This document shows positions 60,074 through 64,000 of a stretch of 64,000 nt of DNA, piece after piece. Numbering within the stretch: position 1 is the stretch's first letter; each line of letters begins with the position of its first letter. The translations under genes were made by a program, and so were the position numbers. The DNA comes from a virus, in the IMG/VR virus record IMGVR_UViG_3300033562_000245, positions 54,499 to 118,498 of that record; one strand, 5' to 3'. The notes below the pieces were generated by a model. The model was given only the letters and a program-made list of their open reading frames with translations, was not told where the DNA came from and searched no databases.

Positions 60074-60790
60074 ATGTCTGACCTTGTTTTTGAAACCAGA
60101 GACACTCTGGATAATTTTGTATCATCTATAGATTTGTCATTGTCTATCAGCACAGAAAGTATCGGTACGGAAAACTCCGGATATAAACCAGTTCCTAGTG
60201 TCGGAGAATCTACAATATTCTTTCAGTTGCCTGCCGATATGGCTAAATGCACTATTACCGCCGTAGCTAAAGATGACGGCGGACTGGTCTATAACGTGCT
60301 ATTGTATGGCGTAATCGCTAATCACAAAGACTATATGTCTTTATCTAGAATGTGTTCTAAGAGCACAGAAAAAGATGATATTGATATTTATGTACATTCG
60401 CCCGGCGGTAGCGTTACGGTAGCAGCAGGACTCTTATCTAAACTGGCTAACTTATCGGCTAATGTAAGGTTTATTGCTTTCGGTGATGTTATGTCCGCAG
60501 CTACTTTATTTTTTACTAAAGCTTTCGATAGTATGAAAGTTTGTAAGTACGCTCGGTTTATGTATCATATGTCATCGACTGGCGGTATGTCTCACACTGC
60601 TAAATTAATAGAAGATAATAAGAATATTTTTGAATATATATCTGATTATTTAGTAGAAGCAAATAAATCAGGATTACTTACGACAGATGAGTTGGATACT
60701 ATTATAGATAAACGCCAAGATGTATTTATACTAGCCAACGAAATGTGCAAAAGACTAAATCAAGAAATTTATACAAAAAAGGAGTTTTAA
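60074..60790 (+). CDS. clpP: ClpP-family serine protease (catalytic Ser and His intact)
   Basis: IDIYVHSPGGSV...GDVMSAAT...ARFMYH. Confidence 0.85.
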   Translation: MSDLVFETRDTLDNFVSSIDLSLSISTESIGTENSGYKPVPSVGESTIFFQLPADMAKCTITAVAKDDGGLVYNVLLYGVIANHKDYMSLSRMCSKSTEKDDIDIYVHSPGGSVTVAAGLLSKLANLSANVRFIAFGDVMSAATLFFTKAFDSMKVCKYARFMYHMSSTGGMSHTAKLIEDNKNIFEYISDYLVEANKSGLLTTDELDTIIDKRQDVFILANEMCKRLNQEIYTKKEF

Positions 60791-60794
60791 TACA

Positions 60795-61619
60795 ATGAGA
60801 AACATTTTTGATAATATGATATTCATGGAAGAAAACATCACTAAAGAAAATACAAGTGATGATATTGTTATTCCTGACAACAAAGTTGATAAAGTTGATA
60901 AACAGAACGAAGGCGACGTAATTCCTGACGATACCGATATCGACGAGCAAATCAATGCTATCTGTGCCGAGGCTAGCCGTCTCTCACTGGCAGACGGTGA
61001 CGTTATCGAAGAAGACGAAGGCAAAACCACAGACGTAGTTCCAGAAGACAGTGTTGTACCTGAAGATGCCGACGTAGAACCTAACGACGAAGAAACGGCA
61101 CCGGTAGAAGAAGGTGATGTTGAATTTGATACCGACGAAGTCCCCGAAGAAGAAGAAGCCATCATCAACGATAAAGATTTAAAAAAGAAATCTAAAGTTT
61201 CTATGATCTTCATGGCCGACGATGACACCGACGAAGAAGAAGCCAAAGACGGCGATGATGACGATGCTGCTGACGACATCGATACTGACAATACGGACGA
61301 TGATTCCGATGATACTTCAGAAACGGACGATGAAGAAGATGAAGAAATAGACGTTGATGAAGTAGAAGATGACGTCGAAACAGAAGAAACAGACGACGAT
61401 TCATTCGATCCTGACGGTGATGGCGATGACGACTCTTCTCCTGAAACAGATACCGACGACGACGACGGCGTTTCCCCAGAAACGGACGACGACCTAGAAG
61501 AAGACGAAGAAGAAGGTGATGTTGTTTCTGATGACGACGATGACGATGACAACGAAGAGCTTCTTGAAGACGAAGAAACCGATGACGATGTTATTACGGC
61601 ATCTAAGTCAAAAAAGTAG
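60795..61619 (+). CDS. Extremely acidic D/E-rich protein
   Basis: AAGGAG RBS; long poly-D/E tracts; basic C-terminal tail ASKSKK. Confidence 0.8.
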   Translation: MRNIFDNMIFMEENITKENTSDDIVIPDNKVDKVDKQNEGDVIPDDTDIDEQINAICAEASRLSLADGDVIEEDEGKTTDVVPEDSVVPEDADVEPNDEETAPVEEGDVEFDTDEVPEEEEAIINDKDLKKKSKVSMIFMADDDTDEEEAKDGDDDDAADDIDTDNTDDDSDDTSETDDEEDEEIDVDEVEDDVETEETDDDSFDPDGDGDDDSSPETDTDDDDGVSPETDDDLEEDEEEGDVVSDDDDDDDNEELLEDEETDDDVITASKSKK

Positions 61620-61723
61620 TCTGTGTAGAACCATCTAATAACGATCTAATAGGTATAGAAGCTCTAGGTGGTATATACACTGACACCACAGTTGACGAAT
61701 GTGATCTTAAAGAAACTAATTTT

Positions 61724-62323
61724 GTGTTAGATAAGCCTTTAGTTAATTGCTCAGGAAAAGATGGACAATTCCTTCCTCAGCAAGCTAAGAGTGAAAACTA
61801 CATAGAAAAAACTACCCTAGCAAACGGCACATTAAAAATAGATTCTTATATTAATGACCCGCACGGTACGTTTGTTCCTTTATTTCATATTCTTCTTGCC
61901 TGTAAAGAACATGATACCGTAAATATATATTTAAATTCCGGTATCTATTCTGACGATGCTTCTCTAATCTTAGGAAGCATGGATCTATGTAAAGCTATAA
62001 TTACCGTACATGTGGGTTTCGTTGTTGGTTTTTACGGAACATGTATCGTTGCAAGTGCAGACAAAACTCAGTATACTGAAATGTCTGCTATTAGTCTAAA
62101 CACACCAAAGGAGTTTCTAACTCTTAGAGGTATGACTAATTTAGAACAACAGATCACGTACATTAAGAACAGTACTCAGCAATACATAGATATTTTAGTA
62201 GATCGTGGTTTCTGCACAACAGATGAAATGAACGAGATTATCTCTAAGAATAAAAGTATGTTGTTTAAACGTGACGACTTGGCACGTCGTTTAAGCAATT
62301 GTTCATCGGACAACTCTTTATAG
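61724..62323 (+). CDS. ClpP-fold paralogue lacking catalytic Ser/His (ClpR-like)
   Basis: DTVNIYLNSG; ungapped alignment to 60074 puts Gly at the Ser position and Asn at the His position. Confidence 0.6.
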   Translation: MLDKPLVNCSGKDGQFLPQQAKSENYIEKTTLANGTLKIDSYINDPHGTFVPLFHILLACKEHDTVNIYLNSGIYSDDASLILGSMDLCKAIITVHVGFVVGFYGTCIVASADKTQYTEMSAISLNTPKEFLTLRGMTNLEQQITYIKNSTQQYIDILVDRGFCTTDEMNEIISKNKSMLFKRDDLARRLSNCSSDNSL

Positions 62324-62355
62324 AAGCATGAAAGCCGAAGGTTGTTTGATGATCG

Positions 62356-62454
62356 TTTTCCTTGGGTCACCAGCGGGGCGCAGGCCCCGCTGGTACTTTC
62401 GGATTATACTCTTACCTTTAATTGTCCACGATGACAATAAACCCAAAAGGAAAA
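62356..62454 (+). promoter_or_regulatory. Branched stem-loop upstream of terL (terminator/leader)
   Basis: Outer stem 62356-67/62441-54; inner ACCAGCGGGGC-GCAG-GCCCCGCTGGT and ATTGTC-CACGAT-GACAAT. Confidence 0.5.
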
Positions 62455-62536
62455 TTATGCTTTTTATTTTGTATAACGAAATAACAACCGCAGCTTTGCC
62501 TGCATCAACTACGATAAAATTTAAGGAGGTAAAGCT

Positions 62537-64000
62537 GTGATCCTATACGCCAATGATTATACCGATCAAAGATGTTACGTCCATTTAAACACAAAAAATA
62601 TTAGTGCTCTACGAATAGCTAAACTATTAAAAGAAATGGGCATTAAAAATAATAAGTTTATGTTGGCTATTACTCAAAAAGAATTATTCGACATAGACCC
62701 CCACAATCTTAAGGATTCTAGCTCAGAACTAAAAGCTAGAATAACTTTAGAATGTAAGATTAATCCCTGGTACTATTTAAGAGAGATTATTAGGGTTCCT
62801 GCTTCGGGTGTACTTGATGGTATTCCTTATGAATTCAACAGAGGTAACTTATGTTTAACATGGGTTACATATAACTCTGTAAATATAATGATAGTAATGC
62901 CTAGACAGGTTGGTAAATCTATAGGTACGCAATCTATAGTAAGTCAGCTAATGTATGTTTCTGGTACTAACTATAACACCGGTGCTTTTGCTAAAGATGA
63001 TTCACTTCGTCAGCAGAATGTTATTCGTTTAAAAGAAATGAAGGAAAGTATCCCTAATTATATATTACTACCTTCCACCGCCGACACAGATAATAAAGAA
63101 GGATTGAGTTATAAAGCTCTTAATAATAGTTATAAAACTTTTATAGCTCAGAAAGATCCTAGAGCCGCTGCTAAACAAGCTAGAGGTGAGACTTTCCCAT
63201 TTGAACATTGGGACGAGTCCGCTTGGTATGATAATATTTGGGAATCGTTTCCTTCTGCAACAAGTGCTATGTCTGCAGCTAGGGATCAAGCTTTAAAAAT
63301 GAACCTACCTTCTGCTATAGTTCAAACAACCACATCAGGTAGAGTCGATGATAAGCGAGGTAAGTGGGCATACGATTATGGAATGAGCGGATTAAAATTT
63401 AATGAAATGCTTTATGATTGTGTCGACAAAGCCCATCTTCAATCGTTAGTAGAAGAGAATAGTACTAACGGCAGTATCTATGCTGAATTTAATTATAAAC
63501 AATTAGGTAAGAGCGAAGCGTGGTTTAGAAAGAATACCGAATCTATATCCAATCAAGATATCATCGATATGGATTATAACAATATCTGGTTGGTCGGTAA
63601 ATCGGGTTCTGTTCTACCTACAGAATTACTAAATAAACTTCTACAAATAGAGCCTTTATTCTACACACAAAGTGATAGTATTTTTGTAAGGTGGTATATC
63701 GATCAAAAGACTAGATACTCTGAAGACTTCAAAATGAAGACGCTTATAGCAGGCATCGACATCTCCGATAACGTCGGAATTGACTTCACTACACTGACTA
63801 TAGTGGACCCTACTAATTTATCTACGGTTGCTACATTTAGAAGTAATAGTAGTAATATTACTTTGTTTGTTTTCTTAGTCGCAAGTCTAATGGAAGAATT
63901 CCCTCAGCTACTAATAAACCCAGAACGAAATAGAAACGGTGGTTTATTTATAGACAACTTAATCATAGTTCTACGTAATAAACGTATTAACTTTACTAAA
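62537..64000 (+). CDS. terL: Terminase large subunit (phiKZ gp25-like), 3' end truncated by window edge
   Basis: Not in ORF track. GTG 62537 with GGAGG RBS; MILYAND...MGIKNNKFML...NPWYYLRE; MPRQVGKS; RGE...HWDE; nuclease GIDISDNVGIDFT. Confidence 0.92.
   Translation, partial: MILYANDYTDQRCYVHLNTKNISALRIAKLLKEMGIKNNKFMLAITQKELFDIDPHNLKDSSSELKARITLECKINPWYYLREIIRVPASGVLDGIPYEFNRGNLCLTWVTYNSVNIMIVMPRQVGKSIGTQSIVSQLMYVSGTNYNTGAFAKDDSLRQQNVIRLKEMKESIPNYILLPSTADTDNKEGLSYKALNNSYKTFIAQKDPRAAAKQARGETFPFEHWDESAWYDNIWESFPSATSAMSAARDQALKMNLPSAIVQTTTSGRVDDKRGKWAYDYGMSGLKFNEMLYDCVDKAHLQSLVEENSTNGSIYAEFNYKQLGKSEAWFRKNTESISNQDIIDMDYNNIWLVGKSGSVLPTELLNKLLQIEPLFYTQSDSIFVRWYIDQKTRYSEDFKMKTLIAGIDISDNVGIDFTTLTIVDPTNLSTVATFRSNSSNITLFVFLVASLMEEFPQLLINPERNRNGGLFIDNLIIVLRNKRINFTK

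Noticed and set aside
60755-61552. 265-aa Ser-rich minus-strand ORF
   Set aside because: Antisense shadow of the GAC/GAT/GAA-rich acidic gene
62328-62540. 70-aa ORF before terL
   Set aside because: Overlaps the GC hairpin, lacks an RBS and has non-coding-like composition
1684-63289. Many 60-190-aa ORFs antisense to or overlapping larger genes (e.g. 1684, 3131, 4642, 8757, 13127, 48814, 63068)
   Set aside because: Shadow frames of better-supported genes
1-64000. Alternative genetic code (stop-codon recoding) as in some jumbo phages
   Set aside because: Core genes are full-length and densely packed under code 11; no suppressor tRNA found

Overview
AT-rich 64-kb segment of a phiKZ-like jumbo phage (probably Chimalliviridae-type; chimallin, PhuZ and major capsid genes are not in this window). 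Core genes recognised from motifs and synteny: family-B DNA polymerase (phiKZ gp50-like), RNase HI, two virion RNAP pieces (gp80-like beta', gp149-like beta C-terminus), non-virion RNAP beta N-terminus (gp123-like), divergent GyrB/GyrA-like type II topoisomerase, SNF2 helicase, baseplate/virion block, probable portal, tail tube and sheath, gp175-like head protease and a terminase large subunit that runs off the right end. Accessory content: tandem membrane/exported paralogues (5.0-9.6 kb), two GH24 lysozymes, a PAS protein with a degenerate DHp helix, a multi-winged-helix protein, an HNH endonuclease between direct repeats, and an active ClpP / acidic protein / inactive ClpP trio. The best unexplained signal is a ~650-700-nt structured non-coding RNA candidate (about 34711-35412). 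It has its own TATATTAC promoter motif and a terminator, and carries an RNase P P4-like long-range helix. Further candidates are two smaller structured RNAs and a 1.7-kb hairpin-rich intergenic region that may be an origin. All calls come from reading the sequence; no database searches or folding programs were run.
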